From the NCBI RefSeq assembly GCF_009914755.1, contig NC_060930.1: a stretch of 64,000 nt of DNA; one strand, given 5' to 3'. Positions 22,046 to 59,848 of this stretch are shown in pieces (position 1 is the first letter of the stretch; each line of letters begins with the position of its first letter). The notes beneath the pieces were generated by a model. It worked only from the letters and a program-made list of their open reading frames with translations, was not told where the DNA came from and searched no databases. This DNA comes from the human T2T-CHM13v2.0 reference genome, Homo sapiens. The position numbers were made by a program, and so were the translations under genes.

Positions 22046-22450
22046 AACCATGCGTGAGAGAGCTCCTAGCACAGATGGTTTTCCAGAAGACTTTATTTTC
22101 TTCTGCTGGTCCCAAGATTGGCCTCAGACCTCTTATCCCATCATCACCATCTGTTCCTTATGACCAAAGTCTCTCTCTTCCCTGGCCAGCTACACAATCA
22201 GATATATTTCAGCAACTTCCCTCTGCCCTCCTTTCTCTGAAGTATAGATTCCTGTAGGAGTTTCCCAAAGATCTTTGTGGCTCATAGTCATGAGGAATAA
22301 AAAACAAAAATGTTTTCTCCTCCAATGTCCTCTTTATTCATTTTGTCTCTGTAAGGAATGGCAAGGTCAAACAGATATAAGAGGTGAGGCTGTGTATGTG
22401 AAAGACCCCAAGCAAAATTCACTAAATTTCAAAGAAAAATTAGATGATAT

Positions 22451-25193
<2,743 letters not shown>

Positions 25194-25294
25194 GTGATGA
25201 AGAATGTATACAATCTTAAAAGCACATGTAAACTCTGACACACACAGTAGAAAGGAAAAGTTACATTGAGCACAATGTCTCACATATATATAAC

Positions 25295-25778
<484 letters not shown>

Positions 25779-26635
25779 TAAAAAGGAAATATAGTTTGGC
25801 CAAGACAGGTAAATTTAAAAGTCAATATATTTGTTTCAGTAAAATATAATCAGGAAGATAAATCTTTAACGAGCAATTTATAACCTGTGTCCAAAGCCAA
25901 AGATAATTTTAAATATTCATTGATTTAAATTATGAAAAGAAAGGTGTCCTACTTGTTACTGTAAATAATTGAGAGTTAACTAGAAATTTAAATATTTTTT
26001 ACGAATAAAGGAATGAGTTCCTAAATTCTTGAAAATTTGATTTATGATGACTTTTCTTTCATTAAGTTGTAACTAAAGTAATGAGATTAAAAAAACTGAC
26101 AAATGGAAACAAAAACTAATAACATGAAGAACTAAGATTTGAATGTGTTTGTGCATAAGTAAAAGTCATGTTTTTTTAAATTAAGGATGAATCTAAGAAA
26201 CACAATTGCAATTGAAAAAGCAATGCATACGTCTCCAGAACCTGCTCAGTCCTATCAAAAACAGCTAACTTTTTTTTCTACTAACCTTTTAATCTGAGTT
26301 CCTCTTCTTCTTTACTGAAAGATAACATCTACTCTTTGAAATCACCTCTATTGGTTAAAATTAATGAATTGAGGGGAAGGGAACCCTTGACAACTCTGCC
26401 TCCAGCCATGGCAGATTAATTTGTAACAGACCAACACAGTCTCTCCAGGAATATATGAACAAAATGGAGATGGGGGAAACCGTTTGTTGGGTGTCATCAG
26501 AGTGGTACCAAGGCATCCAGGACCTGAAGGGGCAAGATTCCATAGAGAAGGGAATCTTAGGTGTGAGCCTGATATTAGTCATCTGTAGCAGTTTTTCTTT
26601 TCTTTTGGGGAGGGGGGCAGGTTGTGGGGAGGTAG

Positions 26636-28723
<2,088 letters not shown>

Positions 28724-28859
28724 TAGAACAGTGCCTGATATATATGGAAATGCAGTACTCTTCATGGAGTAGGTTAATTCCTGAGTAGAAGCATATTGAC
28801 TTCATTTCTTCACCTTTGTTCCATCCTCCATCTACCCAGGCAACCCTTCTTAGCTAAGG

Positions 28860-29162
28860 CTATGGATTGGAACACCTACAAGTGGTTTTTCCACGTGGAC
28901 CTGGGCTTTCTCAAACATGGTGTCTGTGTTCCAAAGGTGAGCATCCCTGAGCGGGGAAAGGGGGGTCAGCCAAAAACTATATGGACTTTCATGACAAGCC
29001 TCAGAGATCAAATCTCATCATTTCCATCACATTGTATTTGCTGAGGCAGTTATAAAGATTTTCCCAAGGTCAAAGTTAGGGAACAACCTGTCTCAGTGGA
29101 GGAAGGTCAGTGTCACATTATAAAAAGAATATGTGAGATGAGATACATACTATCTGCCATAA
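28860..29162 (-). mobile_element. Old MaLR LTR (MLT1 family)
   Basis: CTGGGCTTTCTCAAACATGG...TTCCAAAGGTGAGCATCCC...AGCCTCAGA...CATCACATT. Confidence 0.65.
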
Positions 29163-29848
<686 letters not shown>

Positions 29849-31166
29849 TAGAAAATATATTTTCTTGGGAAAGAAGAAGGCATTATAGTATAGTGTTAAA
29901 ACTCCAGGTTTATTTATTTATAAAGAATGATTGTGTCATCATTAGGAATTTTAGTGTGAATTCTATGCTGGGTTGCCCATTTGATAGTAAGTGAATTTCA
30001 GATGAAGTCAGTTCTAAGACAATAATTCACTTCTGGGCCCTCAAAGTCAGTGCCCAACTCAGTTCTTTTTAATATCAATGGGATGTATTCATTAGCCAGA
30101 GTTAAAATAATCTAAAAACTTCTTCCAACAAAATAATTGGATTGAAATAACATCCAGAGTGGTTAGACTGGAAAAAAAAAGGCATTATTCAATTTCCAAA
30201 TATAGTACCTTGAATAATAAAATGATCTCATTCTTGTTTTATTGTGGGTATTGCTTCATAATTGTCCTTAATGTTCATTCTTTATTTCTTCTTGGGAAGA
30301 TCAGAAAGGGGTGACTGAAGTAGAAGCGAAGTCAGCAACTTATCTTCAGGCATAACTACTTTTCCTGTATCCTGAACCCTCGAGAGGGATTTCTGAAGAA
30401 AGAAAGAGAAAAATTACACCTTATCCAATGGAATGTAGAGAGTTGGAAATAAAAAGGCCTTAAAAATTGTAACACATATCTTTCTGGCTTATGACCACAT
30501 TTTCTAACATCTGTTGAGGGACATTTTCTGACCGAAAGGCCTGTCAGTATCAATAAGGAGAGACGCTTTCCTCATTGTTCTAGAATCTACAGTGTCCAGG
30601 GTTATTGAAATGCATATATACTGCAGTTCATAGCAAAGGATGGAGAGCGGGAGTGAAGAGGGAAGGGAAAGAGGAGCAGGGATTAAAGTGTGGAGTCGCC
30701 CCTGGCCCTGCTTTGAACTCTCACTGGCTTTTTGGAACTTAATCAAGATCAAACAGGCAGTTGCCGCCAGCTCAAGGCCTCTGGTTCTCTATAATTTTTG
30801 GAGTAGATTTTGAGGTTACGATTATGACGTTTTGTGGTAACTTTAAACTGGAAAGTATTGCATTCACCTTTTATATTCCCCAAAGAAAGAAGAAATGCCC
30901 AGCCATGTAATGAAACTCCTTTCCATCTGACCATTGTGTTAGGAACAGATTTCACACTAAGCAAATCTTTGCAACCAGACTCAAATGTTTCCCATTACAG
31001 CCGTGCACAGGTATCAGTGTGCAAGGGGCTGCTGCAGAGTGTGCAATTCTCCCAGCAAAATGCACACACTTGGTGGCTTGGATAGAGTATCAAAATCATA
31101 TCCACGGTTGAAAATTTGTTTGCACTTGTGATCACCACACCTTAGAGCCCAAACGATAAGAACACA

Positions 31167-34942
<3,776 letters not shown>

Positions 34943-35792
34943 GTCGGCCTCCCAAAGTGCTGAGATTACAGGTATGAACCAATTTTAATTTAAATATTTT
35001 ATTTCTTTATGTGTTCAGAGTCAATAAGAATTCTCTTTCTCCTATTCTTTCCCACTTTTTATGGTCCCAATTCCAATCATCCTAGACTACCACCAAAATG
35101 TTCACTGGCTCCAGTTTAAGGTGATATTGACCTAGAAGTGTATGCATTATCAATTGTTAGACTTTCGAGGCCTAACAATTTTCCAGGGTCCAAAGGCCAT
35201 CATTTGTAATGGTAGAATTTCAGCTATGTTGACGGATGGAGCCATTTTTGAAAACCAAGTCAATTCTCTTTAACTCAGGTTACAGAAGGAACTTCTTGTA
35301 TGTAAGGCAAGTGCTGAATACAGATTTTGATTACTTTTCAGTTTATGTTAAAATTTCAAAGCCTAACAAAGATGAAAAGTCATCTACCAAAGAATGATGA
35401 ACATTGACTCTCCGAGCCCTTGAATTCTAAACCACAGACTGATTGGAAACCCTTAGACCTCAGCGGCCCCACCCCCTATCGCACCCCCAGTGCTTCCGTT
35501 AATTAGTAGGGGTAAAGAGGGAGCCAGAAGGGAAGGGAGAACTGGGGCCTTACAATAGGATCTGTCAGGAGTCTAAGCTCCTCCTCGGAAGAAACCCTCT
35601 AGCCACAAGGATTACTGATGCCTGTAATTCTACAATTAAAGAATCATTGTTCTCTTAATAAAATGAAAATACCCTGGTGATAGTTTAAGTCTTACTCCAT
35701 AACCTAATAGTATATCTCAACACCTACAACAGCAATACTTAGGATGTTTGGCAAAACTCACGATTCCTGGATGTCAACACAGAAATCACTGA

Positions 35793-39390
<3,598 letters not shown>

Positions 39391-41196
39391 GAGGAATGGT
39401 GCCTTCCTCCCTTTATGAATGTATGGCTTTATTAAGAGCTAACCAGCACACAGCAGCTGCGCAAATGACAAATTTGTGCGCTAACATCCAACAGACTGTA
39501 GCCTCCTTGGGGGAACTGTGCAGAACAGAGCCTGATACTGAAGGCGCTTAATTCTTTGGGAAGTCCAGCGTGTTTGATTCCAGCTGTACAGCCCCAGCTC
39601 AGAGGAGCTGGGGACAAAGGGCTCCATCCTGGGACTGGGGGAGGTGGCTGAGGTGAATAAAGTGCTGTCGAGAAATCAACTGCATGGCCTTGAGAGATGA
39701 GTTAACCCTTTCAAGACACCAGGCTAATATTTGGTTTAATTATCTCTTCCAAGGTAGTAAATGACACTCCAATGGTCTCAGTAAATTTATCTCTCAAATG
39801 GGAGCCATTTACTAACCTACTTCAGGCCTCAACCCTTCTGTCTTAGACAGCTTCTCTTTAAAAGGCCAGTTGTAAGCAAGTTCTCTACTTGCCTGCTTTA
39901 AAGAGAGTGGAAAGAAGTCCCTAAAACTTCCCAAGATTACTTTTAATTAAAAGGATACAAATCCTTATTTTTTCCCATTTCTCCAACCTTCTGTGCTGAG
40001 GGGGGAGATGAGATATTTAGCAAATAAAAGGAGACCTTTTCTTCGAATTTCAGAGCTGTTCAATTATAAACACGGCTGCCTGCGAAGTTGGAAATCAATT
40101 CAACTGCAATCTTCTTTAAAGCTTTTTAAATGCAACTGCTAACCTGTCTAGATGTTTAACTTTCAGGTTTCAAAACCTGTCAGTTAAAACTTGCTTACTG
40201 TTACTCCTTTTCTCTGAAGCTACCAGCCAGAAGAGAAATTATGTAGCAAATTGGAAACAAGGAACTAAGACTTGATAGCAACACAAAAGGCTAGCTGACG
40301 GGCTGGAGTGCAAGACACTACAATTCTTGCTCTGAAAATGAATAAGGATTAGAGGGCTCATCTACTGGCGGCCTCTAATGAGGTTGCGCCTTCTCAGTTC
40401 TGAAACAAGCAGTCAATTGATCCCTTCACAAGAACACCTGGTCTATTTCGAGAAGGAAAAAATTAGTGAAACCTGTTGTTGGCTGAGTTTACCAGTCAAT
40501 TCTGTTAAATTGTGGCATTGGTAGCAATAGGGAGGCATGGTTCATTAAAAATACCATTCGGGGAAATCCTAAGGCAATGGGATAGTGATTACTGAACTAA
40601 TTCTATTGGCCTGAAAGAGTTAATTCAGCTCCTAAAGGGAAGCAATTTACTTTCTATTCCCCCCGAGGATGGACCAGGCTCTTAAGGAGTTTCATACAAT
40701 GAGGCTGTTTTTTACCACCCCTCCCCTCCACTCCCCTCACGTAAAGTCCCCCTGACAGTTGTCAAGCCCAAGATGAAGATGGGGTGTACTGGCAGGGTCA
40801 CCTGGCATTACTCACATGGGCCCCTCTCAGGCAGCCTGGGTAATGCTGAATAAATCCATGCATGCAAGGAAAGGGCACAAGGACAAATCCTCTGACTTTG
40901 TGTGTCTGGATTCTAAACACCTACCCAAATTCTAAGCAGCACAGCCAGATAAATCCATCAACCAGGGTGGCTAAGGGATACCTAATTTATATGCAACCTT
41001 GGCAGTGTATCACTGGGCCCAAAGTGCCAGTGTAAACAGTTCTGGACAGGCCCCCATCCTGCTTCAGCAGAGAACAGACACCATCCTCCTGGACCACAAA
41101 GGTCCTCATTGCAAATGAAAAGGCGGGAGGGGGTCACGTTCAGGAGAGCAGAGTTAAATGAATAACACATGCCCTTCCAGATACGTGTGTGTGCTT

Positions 41197-45310
<4,114 letters not shown>

Positions 45311-45829
45311 CTATGACTATCAAACCCTATGTCATTCTAAGGGTGAGATCATCTAAGAAGGTTTTAGGTCGTATAAAGTTCCTGAAATGGATCTTGAAGG
45401 ATTGTTAGATTTTTGGAAGAAAGAAGGCATTCTAGGAAGTGAAAACTATACAAAGAAAAGCACAAAGGTTGGCATTTGGAGGCGGATAGAGAGGATAATT
45501 TAAACAGACTGAGAAAGATAATATAGGGGAATGAAAAGTCAACAGAGAAATAAGCGTTGGAAGAAGCCCACTGATCTCTAGAGATTAAGAATCAGTTGTT
45601 ACTTATGTTTTGGCATGCACACTTAGGCAAAATTCTAAAGGCCTATAAATATTGTGGGTGTTTTGAGGATCTGATGTCTAATATATTTTAATAGAAGAAT
45701 TGAGGTGTTATCTGAATGAAATCTTTTCCAGCTGAGTTCATCCTTTCTAGAGACGAAACACATTAAACTTTTTTTCATGAAAAATACAGTTAGAACTTGT
45801 AAAATGTTGGGGGTGAAGGGTGGAGGAAA

Positions 45830-45952
45830 TGTACATGAAAAAGATGGAAAAAGAGTTGGTAATTGTTGAAGCTGAGTGATGGGTATATAGGGCTCATTAT
45901 GCTGTTCTCCCTACTTTTGAGTATGTTTGAAACTTCCATAATAAAAAGTTAT
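45830..45952 (+). mobile_element. L1MB-type 3' terminus
   Basis: GAGTTGGTAATTGTTGAAGCTGAGTGATGGGTAT...TTTGAAACTTCCATAATAAAAAGTT. Confidence 0.75.
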
Positions 45953-46672
45953 TTGTAAACCTATTGCTATTGGGGTCAAGGGTCCTTCCCACGTTCCATG
46001 TTTCCCATGTTATAGGAAAAAAAAGACTCACTAGACCGGAAGATGCGGTGCTTGTCTCTTCTGTTGTCAGGCTGTTTAACTCTGAGCCAATTACTTCACC
46101 TTTGTGGGTCTCAATTCCCTTCTCTGTAAAATGAAGGGAAAAAGGAAAAGAACTACTGCTTATTGAATGCCTACTATGTGCAAGAATTTTGCGGTGCACT
46201 TTATACACACGCTGCAAGTACCAACAGGATGGACGCAATGTTCTCCTTAGTCTCCAAAGTTTCTTTCCCTCTCTAGGCGTCCAGGAATTATCCACTTAAC
46301 TTCAGTTCGTGATTGGATAAACCCATGTGGCGAATGCCTGGCAAGTCTGAGGAGACATACAGATAAAAAAGACAGTTCCTGTCTTCAACGACTTTGTTAT
46401 CTAGAAGGACAGCTAGGACAAATGAGTGTAATACAACTGATCAATGTTATAATAACTGTTATAACAACTAAATAGGAAAGATACTAAATGTTTTACCTTA
46501 CATGTAGTGTGCATCCCTACAATATGAGAAAATGATGCAATGGTGTACTGATAGAACCAGATGGTGCTGGGTGGGGGTCCTGTAAGAGGAACACTCATCC
46601 CCTAATGAGGGGATCAGAAGGTTTCATAGAGGAGACAGTGTCTGTGTTACGTTTTTTAAAAAATAAACTTGT

Positions 46673-49628
<2,956 letters not shown>

Positions 49629-50008
49629 TCACTGCTATTCTTAAAGTGACCACTGTAATGTACCTTTAAGCAACTACTCAAAAACAATGTTTTTCCAGCA
49701 AAAAGGTTGGGACCTAATGCAAATGATCACTAGAACATGAACACACATCGTTGTGACCCGAGTCTTATGTTTCCCTCACAATAGTCCCCCTCGCTCTACA
49801 GAAGTTCAATTAATAGTAGTGGAATGCTAAATTGACTAATTACTTATGGTCAATGGATCTGTGCTATTTCACAAAATCTTTTGCTCAATATAGTATTCTC
49901 TAATGCATTGCTTTTATTTGACTGAATTCTTTTCAGAATCAACTAAGCCAGAGCACAAATCCGATTATGAGATTGTACATTTAACTCTCCAGCTGACTTT
50001 CTCTGTAA

Positions 50009-50345
<337 letters not shown>

Positions 50346-50440
50346 GAAAATGGTGCCAAGTAAACTCTTGGACCCACACAGATATGAATTGATTTTATGA
50401 CAGTGCAACCAAGGCTCCCATAATCTATTTATTTCTATAA

Positions 50441-53036
<2,596 letters not shown>

Positions 53037-53239
53037 GCTCCTTGTGTCTTAAAATCAACTCTGAGGTGTATGGGTGATAAGAAGAATTCATATTTATCAT
53101 ACTCTCTTTTATTCAATTTAAATGTGTTGCTAAGTATTATATACTGTATTTGCTTAGGATTTAAGTTCAATTGTATATAACAGAACTTCATCTCCCCCCT
53201 GCCCTGCCAAAAAAAAAAAAAAAAAGGCATACATGAGAC

Positions 53240-53515
53240 AGTAGCTTATTTCAGCCTCAGATATAAGCATGACTGTTGGCACTTGGGGTGGTGGAGTGGC
53301 CCCAGTTGCCATTCTGCCACCCACAGGTGTTGGCCTGCCACATGAGTGAAGATGGCTCAACACTGAGGCCCTGTTCCAAGTCACAGGGGAGAGGGAGGTT
53401 GGTGAAAGAGGAATACCACCTCTCTTTAAGGGTGCATTCCAGAAGTGGCACTTCCAATGGCCACAATTAATCACATGGCCATAAGCAACTGCAAAGATTG
53501 CTGGAAATGTAGCCA
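53240..53515 (-). mobile_element. Old MaLR LTR (MLT1J/K-like)
   Basis: AAGATGGCT...TTCCAGAAGT...TGGCCACAATTAATCACATGGCC...CTGCAAAG...GCTGGAAATGTAG. Confidence 0.6.
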
Positions 53516-53943
53516 TTATGAGTGACAACGGGGTTCTCTGACAAGGAAGAAGGGCAGAGAAGTCATTAGCGGACTAGCAATCTCTGCAAATATGTTTTAT
53601 CTTTTTCTAAAAAAGGAAAAAAACGAAAAAGAAAATGTAGTTCTAAAAGAGAACCCCCCCCCCACTCCACATTTTACCTGGTGGTGGATTCCCCCTCCTC
53701 CCCGTTTCAACCTAAAAGTCATTTCCTCAGAGAACCTGCCTTGGGTTTTCCCCTTTCTTCCTTTCACCATCTCTGGCCCCCTTTGAGATGAGATCTCTGT
53801 TATTCTCTGTCAACAGCATTTCTCTTCAGAGCACTTACCATCAGTGACATGAATGACTCACTATTATGACTACATGTATGATGTCTGGCTCCTGAACTGC
53901 ACTCAGAGCTTTGTAAGGACAGGTATTGAACCTGCCCAATTCA

Positions 53944-57364
<3,421 letters not shown>

Positions 57365-57384
57365 TAAGGCAAGAGGAAATTCAA

Positions 57385-57599
57385 GGGACATGTAAGGCAA
57401 GGTATGGGGGAAGGGGCTCAGAGCTTCCATGGCCTCCCTGGTTGTGCCACCCTTCAGGAGGCTCCACTTTTTCAAGTATCCAGAAGCTCCTGAACCCTGT
57501 CCTCGTGGATTTTCACGGAGGCTTCATGACATCAGCATTCCTTACCTCAGGGTATAGGATGGGACCCTCTTATGGGAGGGTCTTAAGACCCACAATCAG
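57385..57599 (-). mobile_element. Antisense MER21-family (MER21A-like) LTR fragment carried as the SVA 5' transduction
   Basis: Lies inside the SVA TSDs. The reverse complement contains ...GAAGCCTCC...CCATGGAAGCTC...CCCCTTCCCCCATACCTTGCC, matching my recall of the MER21 LTR consensus. Confidence 0.7.
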
Positions 57600-57686
57600 T
57601 CTTTGCCGCCGCGCCGGCGAGCGCCGCCCGGGAGGCAGCGGCTGGAGGAGCGGACGGGCCCCGCGGGGCCCGAGGGCAAGGAGCAG
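57597..57686 (+). pseudogene. MAST2: MAST2 exon-1 derived segment (5'-truncated) spliced onto the SVA
   Basis: Translates as QSLPPRRRAPPGRQRLEERTGPAGPEGKEQ, which matches the human MAST2 N-terminus as I recall it. It ends at ...AAGGAGCAG and joins the SVA Alu-like region, the known SVA_F1 splice junction. Confidence 0.93.
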
Positions 57687-57729
57687 CCGCCGGCCTTGGC
57701 CTCCCAAAGTGCCGAGATTGCAGCCTCTG

Positions 57730-59260
57730 CCCGGCTGCCACCCCGTCTGGGAAGTGAGGAGTGTTTCTGCCTGGCCGCCCATCGTCTGGGATGTGAGGAG
57801 CCCCTCTGCCTGGCTGCCCAGTCTGGAAAGTGAGGAGCGTCTCCGCCCGGCCGCCATCCCATCTAGGAAGTGAGGAGCGCCTCTTCCCAGCCGCCATCAC
57901 ATCTAGGAAGTGAGGAGCGTCTCTGCCCGGCCGCCCATCGTCTGAGATGTGGGGAGCGCCTCTGCCCCGCCGCCCCATCTGGGATGTGAGGAGCGCCTCT
58001 GCCCGGCCGAGACCCCGTCTGGGAGGTGAGGAGCGTCTCTGCCCGGCCGCCCCGTCTGAGAAGTGAGGAGACCCTCTGCCTGGCAACCGCCCCGTCTGAG
58101 AAGTGAGGAGCCCCTCCGCCCGGCAGCTGCCCCGTCTGAGAAGTGAGGAGCCTCTCCACCCGGCAGCCACCCCATCTGGGAAGTGAGGAGCGTCTCCGCC
58201 CGGCAGCCACCCCGTCCGGGAGGGAGGTGGGGGGGGGTCAGCCTCCCGCCCGGCCAGCCGCCCCATCAGGGAGGGAGGTGGGGGTTCAGCCCCGCCGCCC
58301 GGCCAGCCGTGCCATCCGGGAGGGAGGTGGGGGGGTCAGCCCCCCGCCTGGCCAGCCGCCCCGTCCGGGAGGTGAGGGGCGCCTCTGCCCGGCCGCCCCT
58401 ACTGGGAAGTGAGGAGCCCCTCAGCCCGGCCAGCCACCCCGTCCGGGAGGGAGATGGGGGGGTCAGCCCCCCCACCCGGCCAGCCGCCCCGTCCGGGAGG
58501 GAGGTGGGGGGGTCAGCCCCCCGCCCGGCCAGCCGCCCCGTCCGGGAGGGAGGTTGGGGGGTCAGCCCTCCGCCCGGCCAGCCTCCCCGTCTGGGAGGTG
58601 AGGGGCGCCTCTGCCCGGCCGCCCCTACTGGGAAGTGAGGAGCCCCTCTGCCCGGCCAGCCGCCCCGTCCGGGAGGGAGGTGGGGAGGTCGGCCCCCCGC
58701 CCGGCCAGCCGCCCCGTCCGGGAGGGAGGTGGGGGGGTCGGCCCCCCGCCCGGCCAGCCGCCCCGTCCGGGAGGGAGGTGGGGGGGTCGGCCCCCCGCCC
58801 GGCCAGCCGCCCCGTCCGGGAGGGAGGTGGGGGGGGGGTCAGCCCCCCCGCCCGGCCAGCCGCCCCGTCCGGGAGGTGAGGGGCGCCTCTGCCCGGCCGC
58901 CCCTACTGGGAAGTGAGGAGCCCCTCTGCCCGGCCAGCCGCCCCGTCCGGGAGGGAGGTGGGGGTGTCAGCCCCCCGCCCGGCCAGCCGCCCCGTCCGGG
59001 AGGGAGGTGGGGGGGGTCAGCCCCCCCGCCCGGCCAGCCTCCCCGTCCGGGAGGTGAGGGGCGCCTCTGCCCGGCCGCCCCTACTGGGAAGTGAGGAGCC
59101 CCTCTGCCCGGCCAGCCGCCCCGTCCGGGAGGGAGGTGGGGGGGGTCAGCCCCCCCGCCCGGCCAGCCGCCCCGTCCGGGAGGTGAGGGGCGCCTCTGCC
59201 TGGCCGCCCCTACTGGGAAGTGAGGAGCCCCTCTGCCCGGCCACCACCCCGTCTGGGAGG
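57730..59260 (+). repeat. SVA VNTR (about 37-50 bp GC-rich units, CpG-dense)
   Basis: Repeating GCCCGGCCGCCCCGTCTGGGAAGTGAGGAGC and GGGAGGGAGGTGGGGGGTCAGCCCCCCGCCCGGCCAGCCGCCCCGTCC units. Confidence 0.95.
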
Positions 59261-59763
59261 TGTGCCCAACAGCTCATTGAGAACGGGCCAGGATGACAAT
59301 GGCGGCTTTGTGGAATAGAAAGGCGGGAAAGGTGGGGAAAAGACTGAGAAATCGGATGGTTGCCCTGTCTGTGTAGAAAGAAGTAGACATGGGAGACTTT
59401 TCATTTTGTTCTGCACTAAGAAAAATTTCTCTGCCTTGGGATCCTGTTGATCTGTGACCTTACCCCCAACCCTGTGCTCTCTGAAACATGTGCTGTGTCC
59501 ACTCAGGGTTAAATGGATTGAGGGCGGTGCAAGATGTGCTTTGTTAAACAGATGCTTGAAGGCAGCATGCTCGTTAAGAGTCATCACCAATCCCTAATCT
59601 CAAGTAATCAGGGACACAAACACTGCGGAAGGCCGCAGGGTCCTCTGCCTAGGAAAACCAGAGACCTTTGTTCACTTGTTTATCTGCTGACCTTCCCTCC
59701 ACTATTGTCCCATGACCCTGCCAAATCCCCCTCTGTGAGAAACACCCAAGAATTATCAATAAA
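59261..59763 (+). mobile_element. SINE-R domain of SVA (HERV-K env/LTR derived)
   Basis: CCCAACAGCTCATTGAGAACGGGCCAGGATGACAATGGCGG...GAGAAACACCCAAGAATTATCAATAAA. Confidence 0.95.
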
Positions 59764-59848
59764 AAAATAAATTAAAAAAAAAAAAAAAGAGGAAATTCAA
59801 ATGCTCTCAGAGAAAGCAAGAGGATGCTGATAGAATTGACCTGGATAA

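Larger units (their letters stand above)
57385..59786 (+). mobile_element. SVA_F1 (MAST2-type) retrotransposon insertion with 5' transduction
   Basis: Order: extra 5' sequence, MAST2 exon-1 piece, Alu-like remnant (CCTTGGCCTCCCAAAGTGCCGAGATTGCAGCC), GC-rich VNTR, SINE-R, AATAAA at 59758-59763, poly(A). Perfect TSD AAGAGGAAATTCAA at 57371-57384 and 59787-59800. No CCCTCT hexamer head, as expected for F1. Confidence 0.96.

Noticed and set aside
35152-35180. Hairpin AATTGTTAG...TTCG...CTAACAATT
   Set aside because: A 9-bp stem is expected by chance in 64 kb; no RNA-gene context.
40362-40385. CTCF-like motif
   Set aside because: Several mismatches in the core positions.
57597-57686. The MAST2 gene itself being in this window
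   Set aside because: Only about 90 bp of exon 1, spliced to SVA and inside TSDs; it is retroposed cargo.
57442-59590. Long Pro/Gly/Arg-rich ORFs on both strands
   Set aside because: Stop-poor SVA VNTR. The MAST2 frame has an upstream in-frame TAG (57555-57557) and no ATG, so no MAST2 fusion protein is supported.
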